NCBI GenBank assembly: GCA_964385615.1
Contig: CAYLPP010000001.1
Location: forward strand, 185,566-249,565
Origin: an uncultured bacterium
GTDB lineage: Bacteria; Omnitrophota; Omnitrophia; Omnitrophales; Aquincolibacteriaceae
Direction: 5' to 3'
Length of the DNA: 64,000 nucleotides
The notes beneath the pieces are model-generated. The model saw only the letters and a program-made list of their open reading frames with translations, was not told where the DNA came from and ran no database searches. Both the position numbers and the translations under genes were made by a program. Below, one piece after another: positions 1-9,800 of the stretch (position 1 is the stretch's first letter; every line of letters begins with the position of its first letter).

Positions 1-1001
1 TGGCTCACGAGAGGCGTAATATCATTAAGGACTTTGTTTAAATTAACTCTATCTGTTTGCGGGTTTTCAGTAACGGTTTGCTTCGCGAAACGCGCAAAAC
101 CTTTCATAATCTCCATGGCGCGCGTAGCGTGGTCACCAACTTTAACTAAAATCTCTTCAGCTTTCTCAACAACCTGGTCTTTACTCGTGTAAATTCCTTC
201 CTGCCGATTGGCAATAAAAGACCCAGCCAACCCTTGAATCACATAGAGAGGATTGCGAATTTCGTGGTTGATGCTTGTAGCAAGAGTGCCGATCGCGGCT
301 AATTTCCCCCGGTGCGCGGCTTGAGCGAGCTTTTCAATATTAAAAAGATTTTCGCGCATAATAAAGTAGGCCATAACAAACGGGTATAAAGGCATAATAA
401 AAAGACCGTACTGCGGAACATCCAAACCATATAAAGGCAAAAAAGTCATCCCGCCACCTAAGAAACCGAATGCGGGGGCCATAATTAACCCTTGAAGCTG
501 TGTTTTTGCATTACCACTTGTCTCTCGAAGCTTTTTAAAAAGCTCGACAAACCCCATTCCAACAACAGTAAAAAACATCACCGAAAAAAAATGATACAAC
601 GGCCCAATCCCACCATAATATCGGAAATTAACCGTCTGAATTAATCGCGGAATAAAAAGCGGATGAAAACTCACGCTGGCTAACAACAAAGAATACATTA
701 ATAAAAACCTTAACACTCGCTTATGTTTTTGCGTCTTACCGACAAAAATAGATACAAAATACAACCAAGAAATCGGAATAAATATCGCCGCCAAGTCAGC
801 CATACGCACAGACCATAACGCTGTGTCATAAGAAACATTTTCACTTATAGTTATTGCCCAGAAACATCCCCAAGCTCCTGCCATTGACGAAAAAATAAAA
901 TAAGCTTTCCCCACTGCATCATTCCGCTTCAGCCAAACTAATAGGCTAATTAAAAAAGAACAGAAAGAAAAAAATAAAACCGAAAAATTATAAGGCGTCA
1001 T
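1..1001 (-). CDS. Sensor histidine kinase, partial (C-terminus lies beyond the window start). It has an N-terminal polytopic 7TM-type membrane domain followed by an HisKA H-box.
   Basis: Reverse-complement translation from ATG at 999..1001 (MTPYNFSVLFFSF...) is open to position 1. About 230 aa of hydrophobic helices are followed by ...RGKLAAIGTLATSINHEIRNPLYVIQG..., a typical H-box. This ORF is absent from the ORF track because it is truncated at the window edge. Confidence 0.7.
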   Translation of the reverse strand, partial: MTPYNFSVLFFSFCSFLISLLVWLKRNDAVGKAYFIFSSMAGAWGCFWAITISENVSYDTALWSVRMADLAAIFIPISWLYFVSIFVGKTQKHKRVLRFLLMYSLLLASVSFHPLFIPRLIQTVNFRYYGGIGPLYHFFSVMFFTVVGMGFVELFKKLRETSGNAKTQLQGLIMAPAFGFLGGGMTFLPLYGLDVPQYGLFIMPLYPFVMAYFIMRENLFNIEKLAQAAHRGKLAAIGTLATSINHEIRNPLYVIQGLAGSFIANRQEGIYTSKDQVVEKAEEILVKVGDHATRAMEIMKGFARFAKQTVTENPQTDRVNLNKVLNDITPLVS

Positions 1002-1059
1002 ATTTTCGAGAACTCTATTTTGAAAACTTCATCCGAAACCGCGTAAAAGTTTGTGGAGT

Positions 1060-1392
1060 TCATGCGCGCGCCTCGGAAGGAACAGATTCGGCAGGATCAA
1101 CTTCAGGCGCTGAAGCGGGCTCAGGGGCCGGACCAGCCAGGGTGGTAAATTCCGCGCGAAGAAAGGTAACAACGTCAGAAGCTGCAATACGCCAGCGGGT
1201 ACCGCCGATCTTGTAGGCTCGAAGCTTGCCGGCGGTAATATAGCGGAGAATGGTCTTCCGTGATTTGATCCCCAAAAAAGACTGTACTTCGGGGATACTC
1301 AAAAACTGCTGCACCGGTAATTCCGGTGCTGTGTTTTCAACATTGGCTCGCATAAGATGACAGAGGTCAACTTCTGAAACAGAGTAAAACAA
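1060..1392 (-). CDS. Small helix-turn-helix DNA-binding protein of the excisionase/MerR-like family, with an Ala/Pro/Glu-rich C-terminal tail
   Basis: 110 aa. ...LSIPEVQSFLGIKSRKTILRYITAGKLRAYKIGGTRWRIAASDVVTFL... matches the excisionase-type HTH_17 pattern. The gene sits 58 bp upstream of the HK gene on the same strand. Confidence 0.55.
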   Translation of the reverse strand: MFYSVSEVDLCHLMRANVENTAPELPVQQFLSIPEVQSFLGIKSRKTILRYITAGKLRAYKIGGTRWRIAASDVVTFLRAEFTTLAGPAPEPASAPEVDPAESVPSEARA

Positions 1393-1985
1393 CGAGCAAA
1401 AAACTAAGAATAAAGCTGAAAACTGCTAACTTCGGAATGATTTAAAAAATAGATAAAACTAGGTAATAGTGTGCTTCAGGTGGGGCGTATTCTACGCTTG
1501 TGGTTCGAGGTTGCAACTGTTTTCTAATGAAATTCGCAGATTTTTTCTAAAAAATCTCCAGACTTTTACGCAAAAAATAATAAAAGTTTTTAGAGACCTT
1601 AAACCTTTGCAAACTCATCATGTTCGAGATTAACATTCCTATCTTCAGAACTTTTTAAAACTATTAAGCTGAGCAGATCAGACTCCATCCTGCTCGCGGT
1701 CACCTTCACAGATCCGGGATTCCTCCTCACCCCGCCTTAAAAATCCCAGGGCCAAAATCAGACTTGAGCAAAACATGGTTATCGAGAATAAGATGCACAT
1801 GAGTTTTATCTCGTACCTCCTTTTTTTAGATAACGCGGATCATAGACCTCCGCCGGTCTTCCCGCGAGAAAAATGACCGCAAAATAATAAAAATGTGCGG
1901 ACTCCGCACCTGATTAACTTGATTCAGTGCAAGATTTAGACTTTACCAAAGGAGGAAACCCGTGGCCACCGCCTCTAGGCGGTGT

Positions 1986-2594
1986 TTAGGAGGAAGATGA
2001 GCCTGTATTTGACTCAGTGTTTAACTCTTTAATGTCACGCAAAAGCTTGCGCAAAATATCATCGAGCGCATACCTCGTGGATTGATGAACCGCATTGCGG
2101 ACTGAAAAAGCTCCGCCCCAAAACATCTTACCGCCTTGAGAAAGCCCATCTGAGCTATAGAGCTTGTCGAGCAGAGTTTGGGAACCCTTCATCAGCTTAA
2201 CGTTTAAAGCCACATGAGCGGTAAACTCGCTGAATTCATAACTTTTCAAATCAAAGATCAAGAGATTGCCCTGCGCGCTGTCCGCGGTTGCCTGTTTAGT
2301 CAGCTTGCCGAAAGCGGCTTGCACACTCGGAGATTCAAGTGCCGTATCCAGCATTGAACCGAACTCAACGATCCATTTATTTGCAATTCCCGAAGTAAAA
2401 GCCCGGAAGCTGTAGGAATGACTGGACGTTTCCGGCGTGAGGTAGTAAGCGGTTTGAAAATCGGCTTTAGTAGCCATGGGCAGGAGCGGATCATTGGCCA
2501 GGTAGCTTCCAAAGTCATTTGCCAAATGATGACAGCCCGCCGACATCATTGAAAGAAAACCCACAAGACCCAAGATAAGAACTTTACGGTTCAT
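1986..2594 (-). CDS. Lipoprotein of unknown function
   Basis: Lipobox-type N-terminus MNRKVLILGLVGFLSMMSAGC. No recognisable catalytic motifs. Confidence 0.6.
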   Translation of the reverse strand: MNRKVLILGLVGFLSMMSAGCHHLANDFGSYLANDPLLPMATKADFQTAYYLTPETSSHSYSFRAFTSGIANKWIVEFGSMLDTALESPSVQAAFGKLTKQATADSAQGNLLIFDLKSYEFSEFTAHVALNVKLMKGSQTLLDKLYSSDGLSQGGKMFWGGAFSVRNAVHQSTRYALDDILRKLLRDIKELNTESNTGSSSS

Positions 2595-2612
2595 ATTACG
2601 CTCCTGATTATT

Positions 2613-3062
2613 TTAAACAGCGCCTTTTGGCACAGGATTTACCGGCTGAAGCTCAATGTAAACTTCATCAACTTTTAAGTTTCTCATGGCACCAGTCGGC
2701 AAGTCAACAAGCCAGCCGATCCCCACGCCAATCCCCAACGTCCACCAACCCCAGGCAGCCGCATTTGTCAGAGTGGAGTGGCCAAAACCCTTCCACGACA
2801 ATCCTGACTTGACTTTAACAATCTGGGTTTCATAACCCTCTTTACGCGCTGTGCAGGTATGGTTGCGGCTCTGACGCAATCCAAGACCACCGGGCGTTTT
2901 TGTCGTTTTCCCGCCGCACATAACTTCAACGTCTTCCACGTTAGACTTAAAAACAACTTCCTGCTCGTGCCGCTGGCGCCCCACGATCGTCGAGCACCCC
3001 GATGCCAGGGTCCCCAGAAGAAACAAAGAAACAATTTTAGATCCCCATCTTTTGATTAACAT
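2613..3062 (-). CDS. Lipoprotein of unknown function, with a Gly/Trp-rich hydrophobic C-terminus
   Basis: N-terminus MLIKRWGSKIVSLFLLGTLASGC is a lipobox. The C-terminal segment WGWWTLGIGVGIGWLVDLPTG is hydrophobic. Confidence 0.55.
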   Translation of the reverse strand: MLIKRWGSKIVSLFLLGTLASGCSTIVGRQRHEQEVVFKSNVEDVEVMCGGKTTKTPGGLGLRQSRNHTCTARKEGYETQIVKVKSGLSWKGFGHSTLTNAAAWGWWTLGIGVGIGWLVDLPTGAMRNLKVDEVYIELQPVNPVPKGAV

Positions 3063-3312
3063 GGTTTACCGCTCCTTTTCGAACCGATTAAGACTGGTCA
3101 TTTGATCGGCAAAATCATACGGGCAGAAGCAGAGCAAACCGAGTTGAATCTCAGAAATTTATCTTAAATGTGCTCGTCATGCACACCTTGAGCGCACTTT
3201 TAGCACTTTTATGAGCGGTGAGGTACTTTAATAGCAGGCCGTAGGGTAACTCGAGGATGAAAAATGGATCAGCAACTAATAATGTCCGAATAGCGCTTGA
3301 TCATACCTTTTC

Positions 3313-3852
3313 TTATCCATTGTCCCGTTGCGAAACAGCTGCATTTTGAGCAGCAAGCAGACGAGTGCGAATTTCCTGCGCTTTTTTCATCCCGTACTCA
3401 CTCTTGTAATATTTTACCTCAAGCTCATCAAGAAGCGCCAAAGCTTCGTCGTATCTGTTTAATTTTTCATAAGCTTTGAGAAGCTCCTTTCCAAAGAAGC
3501 TTTCGTCACCCCGCCCTATTTCATATGCTTTTTTGTACGCATTTAGAGCTTCCTCGTAGCGTCCCATTTTAAAGTAATTATCCCCTTGCCTGGAAATTTC
3601 CCAGGATTCATGGATGATTTTGATGTCACGTTCATGAGACTCAACACTTTCCCTCATTTCCGGTGACCATTTGCTTGGATCGCTCTCTTTATACTCGGGC
3701 CTTCTCTCGCCAATGAATATTCCTTTCCCATCTTCCATGTGTTCAACAGTCAATCGGCTCGCTTTAGACCTCTGCGCTAGGTTGAAAATAGCCAAAGCGA
3801 TGACTATTACGCTCACGACTAGTAAAATCATCACTACCTTTTTTTTATTCAT
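3313..3852 (-). CDS. TPR-repeat protein with an N-terminal transmembrane anchor
   Basis: MNKKKVVMILLVVSVIVIALAIF forms a TM helix. Repeated A/Y/L-rich 34-mer-like helices (EALNAYKKAYEIGRG..., ELLKAYEKLNRYDEALALLDELE) indicate TPR repeats. The start lies 8 nt downstream of the giant gene's stop, with a GGTGA Shine-Dalgarno, so the two are translationally coupled. Confidence 0.65.
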   Translation of the reverse strand: MNKKKVVMILLVVSVIVIALAIFNLAQRSKASRLTVEHMEDGKGIFIGERRPEYKESDPSKWSPEMRESVESHERDIKIIHESWEISRQGDNYFKMGRYEEALNAYKKAYEIGRGDESFFGKELLKAYEKLNRYDEALALLDELEVKYYKSEYGMKKAQEIRTRLLAAQNAAVSQRDNG

Positions 3853-3859
3853 CTTTCAC

Positions 3860-6800
3860 CTAATAAGGAAGCTCGTCCGTATCAATTTCCCAGATTCCAT
3901 TTTCATAAACAGCGGCCCCTTCGTCTCTCAAATTTTCTAGAAACGAGTTCAATGCTCCAGATTGCGTTTGATCTTTTAAAGTAGCTTCGTAAAGCCTTCT
4001 CACAAATAAGTTAGTCTTTCGGTTAATTTCTTGGGCGATTCTCTCCGGCTCAAATTGGTTGCCGGGATCATTCCACGCTGTTGCATCATAGCTGAAATCA
4101 TTGTGCCGGGCATTGAGAATTTTAATATTAATGTTCTCAATCCCGTCCGGGGCAGATCCGGTAAAATTGGCCTTTGACCATTCTGAAAGAAGGTCTGTCG
4201 GATTAGACGGTGGGCCAAAATCACTTATGACCACAGGTTTTTTACTTGGATCAATGCAAGACACGGAACCATTGGTATTGCAGCCTGGAATCTGATCGGC
4301 TCTTCTCTCTATGATTTCGTTAGGCGCTGTTCCCCACACATTGATGATGCGTTTAAGGTTGGGGTTGTCAATATGATCACTCCAATTAACGTTAGGACCT
4401 TCATAATTGATTACCGTTTGCACATCAAAATAACTGCCGTCATCTCGTGTTTTTTCCAAAGCACCCAAGAGCGGGGCAAAAAATCCAGAATGCGCAAAAG
4501 CAATCGCTTTGTCTAAAATACCCCGTTTTGGATCGGCTTCAAATGCCAGCAATTTCCGTCTGACTTCTTCTATAAGATCATTACCGCCGAATGCATTTGC
4601 TAATATTGGCAATACCGATGGTGTAATGCCCAAGGCTACGGTCTTTAAGAGATCACTTGCACTGGTTAATTTGAAAATAAAATCCTGCGCCCAGTCAAGA
4701 ATATTTCCCACAAGACCGGTTGTTTCATACATAGGAACCATCAAGGTTTTCGCAAGGTTTATGATCAGGTCTTTATTCGCAAGATCATTTATAAATGACG
4801 GCATCAACTTGTCCGGCGTATTCTCGGGAACGATTTCATTGTTAAACCCATTACCGAAAATATATTTGGAGGTATCACCCGGGGCCGCTGTGGCAGAGCT
4901 TGTTCCCGGACGCATCTCAACACTGGCCTCGGCAACTTTGCCGTCAAGAATATTGAATTTTAAGAAGAGGTTGTCAAAAAGCGTGGGCCGTTGCGGGTCT
5001 AAATCATCGGGGATTTTGATGACAACCGCCGACGGATTGATTTCTACATCTCCCCGGAGGATACGCCCATCTTCGCCCATCCAAGGCGTTTGATCACCGG
5101 GACCTTTTACAGTTATTATTGGCGTGCTCTCAATGCCATAGCTCCAACCAGAAAGTTTTCCATCGCTATAGGTTTGCTTTAAAGTCATTCCATTACTAAG
5201 GAACGTTTCAGAAGTTAACTCTTGATAGTAAGACACACCTGCCTCATCTATCCCCACACCTGTGATGTTCGCTTCACCGCCAACGCCGAAAGAATCTCTA
5301 ATATTTTGGGTTTCGGTATCATAAACAATTCGGCTATCCCCGCTTTGCCAAACCCAAGTATCACCATTATCAACCACAGTCGCATTTTTAAGCCCAGTTT
5401 CATCCGCATAGATAGCTTCCTGAGTTTCCCGGCTAAATAAAGATGAAACAGCACTGATAGCTTTCTTAAAACCTTGCGCGGTAAAATGACCAACTCCTTC
5501 AATTACTTTGGCGCCAAAGGAAATAACATTGCCGACGGCATTGACCACGTCGCGGCCAAATTTCTTAATCCCATCGCCGATCCTTGAAAGAAGCCCCAAC
5601 CCCGCATTTTCAGAACTTCCCGGCCCACCGCCCCCCGCAGCGCCTCCCGCTAATCCGGCAGCGAAGGCCCCCAGAAAATTGCTCACCAGCCCCGTCGCAA
5701 ACGAAGGTGCTCCAATAGCGTCGAGCCCAATGCTGGCACCTACGGAAACCAAACCTCCGGCTGTATCGTGAATAATATTTGAAAGAGTGTTGCCGTAACC
5801 TTCAAGGCCCAGAGAATTGCCTGTAACATTTCCGGCAACCGCGCTGATTGGAATCGAGATAAGTTGTGAGATTCTCGGATCAAGACCAATTGCGTCGCCA
5901 ATCGCCATAACCCCCACTGAGGCGAATGACGCCGCAAGCGTGGGAAGCGAATCTTTTAAACTGTCAAAACCGCCGCCGCCGAAAACTGTCGCAATAATCG
6001 CGACCCCTATGCCGATTACCGCGGAAACCGTTGGAGAGAGATGCGTGTACTGATTAAAAATTTCAGATACTCCGCTAATAATAAGCCCAATTCCTGAACC
6101 GCCGTAAATCGTGAGCACGATACCCACAATAATCTTGACGCCGGCGACAATCGTCCGGGTAATTTTTTCAGGAATCCCGATTTTGCCAAGCGCAATAACG
6201 GTTGCTTGTATCGGCGCGTTAACAGACTCTGTGCCCAGGCGGATGCCAGTGCGGATAAGCTTCCAAATATCTTTCTGAAAAATATCTTTGAAATTAAACG
6301 TGAAGAGATCTTCGAATAAATCCGCCCATTGATCTACGTGCGCGAGGACGGCGATTCGTAAACTTTCGACAACCTTAACCAGAAGGGCGTTGATGGGGTT
6401 TAAGGCTACAAAATAGGCCCCGACCAGATATCTAAAAACTTTCTTGAGGAACCCGAAGAAGGCGCCGCGGACTTGCATCTGCTCAACCGTGGTCAAAGGC
6501 TGAACGGATAAATTGGAAATTGATGCGGGTGGAGCGCGGGAGCTTAAAACGACTCCGTAACCGCTCTGGGCGATTCCTGAATTAATCCACGTCTGAGTAA
6601 ATTCCCCTTTAGAAAGCGTCTGTACCTCCGGACTGCTTTCCGGCCCCAAGCCTGGATCAATGTAAGTCACTTCGTCATTCGTAACTTTGGTGATAATCAC
6701 GAAGTGTTTATTATTAATGTGAGCCGCCATCCGGAAATCGCAAGTCTGCTCAGGATCGGGGCAAGCGTCGTCATACATAGCCTTCAAAGCAGTGTAATCC

Positions 6801-9800
6801 AGTTTAAGCGCGTAAGTTTCAAGCCCGTAATGTCTGGCCGTCTGCTTAAGCGCGTAGACTGAAAGCACCAAATCTCCGGTTTCAAGCGGGGTTAGGGTGC
6901 CGGTCAGGATATCAATCAAAATTAAACGGCTGGCGAGATCCACGCGGTCAAAATGAAGACCAGCACCTGTTAAAAGAGATTCCAAAGCCAAGTAGGCCGA
7001 CTGGCCGAAATGTAATGACTGATTCTGCAGCCACTGGAGAATGGCATCAGCTTCTGAAGAAGAAATGGAGATAGTATCTTCTGTGTCGATGCCAAGACCC
7101 TGGGCGAAAATAAGTTTTTCAGCATCGGGAAGGTCAAGATAACTCAAAAGCTCAGAAGTTACCCGCGCTTTAATCTCGTTCACCTGAGCCGTACGGCCAG
7201 ACTTTTCCTGAGAGTTTTCAAGCTGTGACTTTAAAAATTGCAGATTGAAGCCCGCTTCAAAGTCTGTAGCATTAATGACAGCATCGTATTCCGACTGTGA
7301 AGGGTCCCGGCCCAGAATTTTCCGGTACCAGTGATAAATCACAGGGGAAATCTCTTGCTTTAAAATCGAGCGGTGAGCTTTTCCGGTTTCCTCACTGATT
7401 TGGGTATAGGAATCCTGAGTTTGAGTTTCAATCTGAATTGAAAGATCATGAACTTGCGCGCTCAATTGCGTAAGAGCATCCGCTCTCTGCTGGGCAAGAC
7501 TTTCCAGCGCGCCATTAACCTGATTCATAGCACTGGCAAGTTGGTCCATAACCGATCCAACCGCGCTTTTCGCGTCTTTTCCCTTGGAAAGAAAAGCTGA
7601 AACCACCTCTACCTGCGATTGAATCTGCGCCCGAATAGCAAGCAGGCGGTCACGGGCTGTCACATACTGCCCCTCAATGGTCTGGTTAATAACCTGATCG
7701 CGATCTGCCAGGCGGGCGAGAGCTTTTTCGTGCTCTACCGCTACATCAGAACGCAGCTGTTGAACTGACATTTCAAGATGCCGGCGCATCGCTCCGTAAT
7801 GTATGTTGATTGGATCGCCTTCACTGTTATACTCATAATCAACCAGATCTTCGCCGTCTTCAGAGAAGATATTCTTAATCTTTCCGTTTTCATAAAGCTC
7901 GATCGAACCTTCTGAAAACTGGCGCGTTAACAGAACCCCCTGAGTATCGTATTCATAACGTACAGCCACAGTGTCAGGAACCTGATAAGCCTGCCAGTCC
8001 GGCATTAAAATTTCATTCCAGACCTTAAATGCCTGAGCTTGATGAAAAACCGCGGATTCGTTCGGGTTGATTAATTCCCCTCCGTCCTCAGCCAACAAAA
8101 TTTCACGGCCTGTCGCTGAAATTACAGACCAGGGTCTGCCATCCTTAAATTTTGTAATCGTGCCATCCGCGTGATAAACCGATGCGTCCATCACCCTTAT
8201 CTGCTCTTCGGTCGCGGCATCTTCATTTTCCACCGTCTGGGTCTCCAGCCGGTCAAAAGTAATACGGGTACCCTCCGCGCGTTCGACCGATTTTAATACT
8301 CCGTTTTCATAAAATGCCTGGGTACCGTCAGCTGAAGTATAGGAATCGAGATCGACCCGGTGAATCATGTCACCATCCGGATTTTCAACTAACTCAATTG
8401 TCGGAATAGTAAAAGAAAGCACTGTGCCGTCTGAAAGCGTAAAGGTTTCTTCACGTGAACCTGTCACGATTTGCGGAGCATGTTCAAACGTGTGACTGTA
8501 GTGATAGCCGTCCGGCGTGGTATGGGCCACAATCTGGCTTTGAGGGTTATATTCTTCCACAGTGCCATCTTCGGCTGTTACCAACCGGTTTCCAGAAACG
8601 GTATCCTGATATTGAAATGCATGGTAAACGCGGCCTTTATAAGAAATCTCCGTGGAGACAAGCTCTCCCCTCAAGTTGTAGGAGAAAGTATTGAGGACGC
8701 CATTACTTAACTGCCGGCTAATCAGAACCTGATCACGGTATCTTTCTGTAATTTGTGTTTCAGGGTCATAAACCGCGGTAATTTCGTTACCCTGCGGATC
8801 AAACTCATACGAATAGGAAAGCTGGGATTGGTTCGGCCGTTCCACGGAACGCACACGGCCATAGCTAAGCTGGAAGGTATTCACACCTCCATCAGCGTTA
8901 GTCACAGTTTCTGTCATGCTTTGAGGGTGATCTATGTCGGCCTCACTAAATTCAATTCTGCTGCCATCCGGCATCGTGGTTTCCACCACTCGTCCGTTTT
9001 CAATTTTTGAAACCGAGCCGTAAAATGTTTCAAATCCCGTCGCGATACCTTCAGAATCAAAATCAATTTTCGTTTCAGCTTGAAGAATCGCGTTCCAGTC
9101 AAAAATACTTTCTTCAGAAGCCTGGCTCAGCCCAAGATACTGAGCCAATGTTTGCGTACGGTCAGAATGGACTTCTTTCAGGACATTTTCCTCAGTGAGC
9201 ATACGGTCGAGCCAATCTTTGGAAGCGTCTGGCCGAAGGATTAAAAATGTCAGATTATCCACAAAAAGAGTCGGAGTGTTTTGAGAAGCCGTCGGCGAAG
9301 GAATAAATTTAATCTGAACTTGGCCCGCATTAGATTTTTCCGTATCGAGGGGAAGGTAAAAATCTTGCCATGAGGCCGTAAGATTTGAAACCGTCCATTC
9401 CTGATAATTTGCCAAGTCTTCCGGGTCTCCGAGCATAACCGTAACTGCACCTTCAGATTCTGGAAGATTCCCCTCTGCTTTTAAACTGATATGCAGGTAA
9501 TCATAGCGGGACGTCGGTACAGGTACAGAAGGCGCGGACAATGCTTCAATTTGAGTCACTTGCGCCAGAAGGAACCCGTTCCCGGTACCATATTGGATGT
9601 ACCACTTCCCATCACTTTCCTTAAAAAAAACATGATCGGGAATATGGTCACCGTTCAGGTCGGAAAGCTGACTGACTTTGCGTACAGAATCAGGTTCACG
9701 GCTATAGGAAGGTGCTCCAAAAGAGCGATAATGAGTATCATCCTGGCCTAAAGCAGTCTCCGAAGAGTTTGATCCCTCAATCCCCGTCCAGGCCTGAGCT

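Noticed and set aside
2300-2518. 72-aa ORF nested in the lipoprotein gene on the same strand in another frame
   Set aside because: It is an alternative frame of a longer ORF that has a good lipoprotein signal, so it is not independently supported.
4509-5093. Plus-strand ORFs of 194-196 aa inside giant gene 1 (4509..5093, 12188..12778, 13980..14327 and others)
   Set aside because: They lie antisense within a continuous 11.7-kb ORF with a strong domain signal. Their translations are low-complexity, rich in S, R, L and P, with no motifs. They are shadow ORFs.
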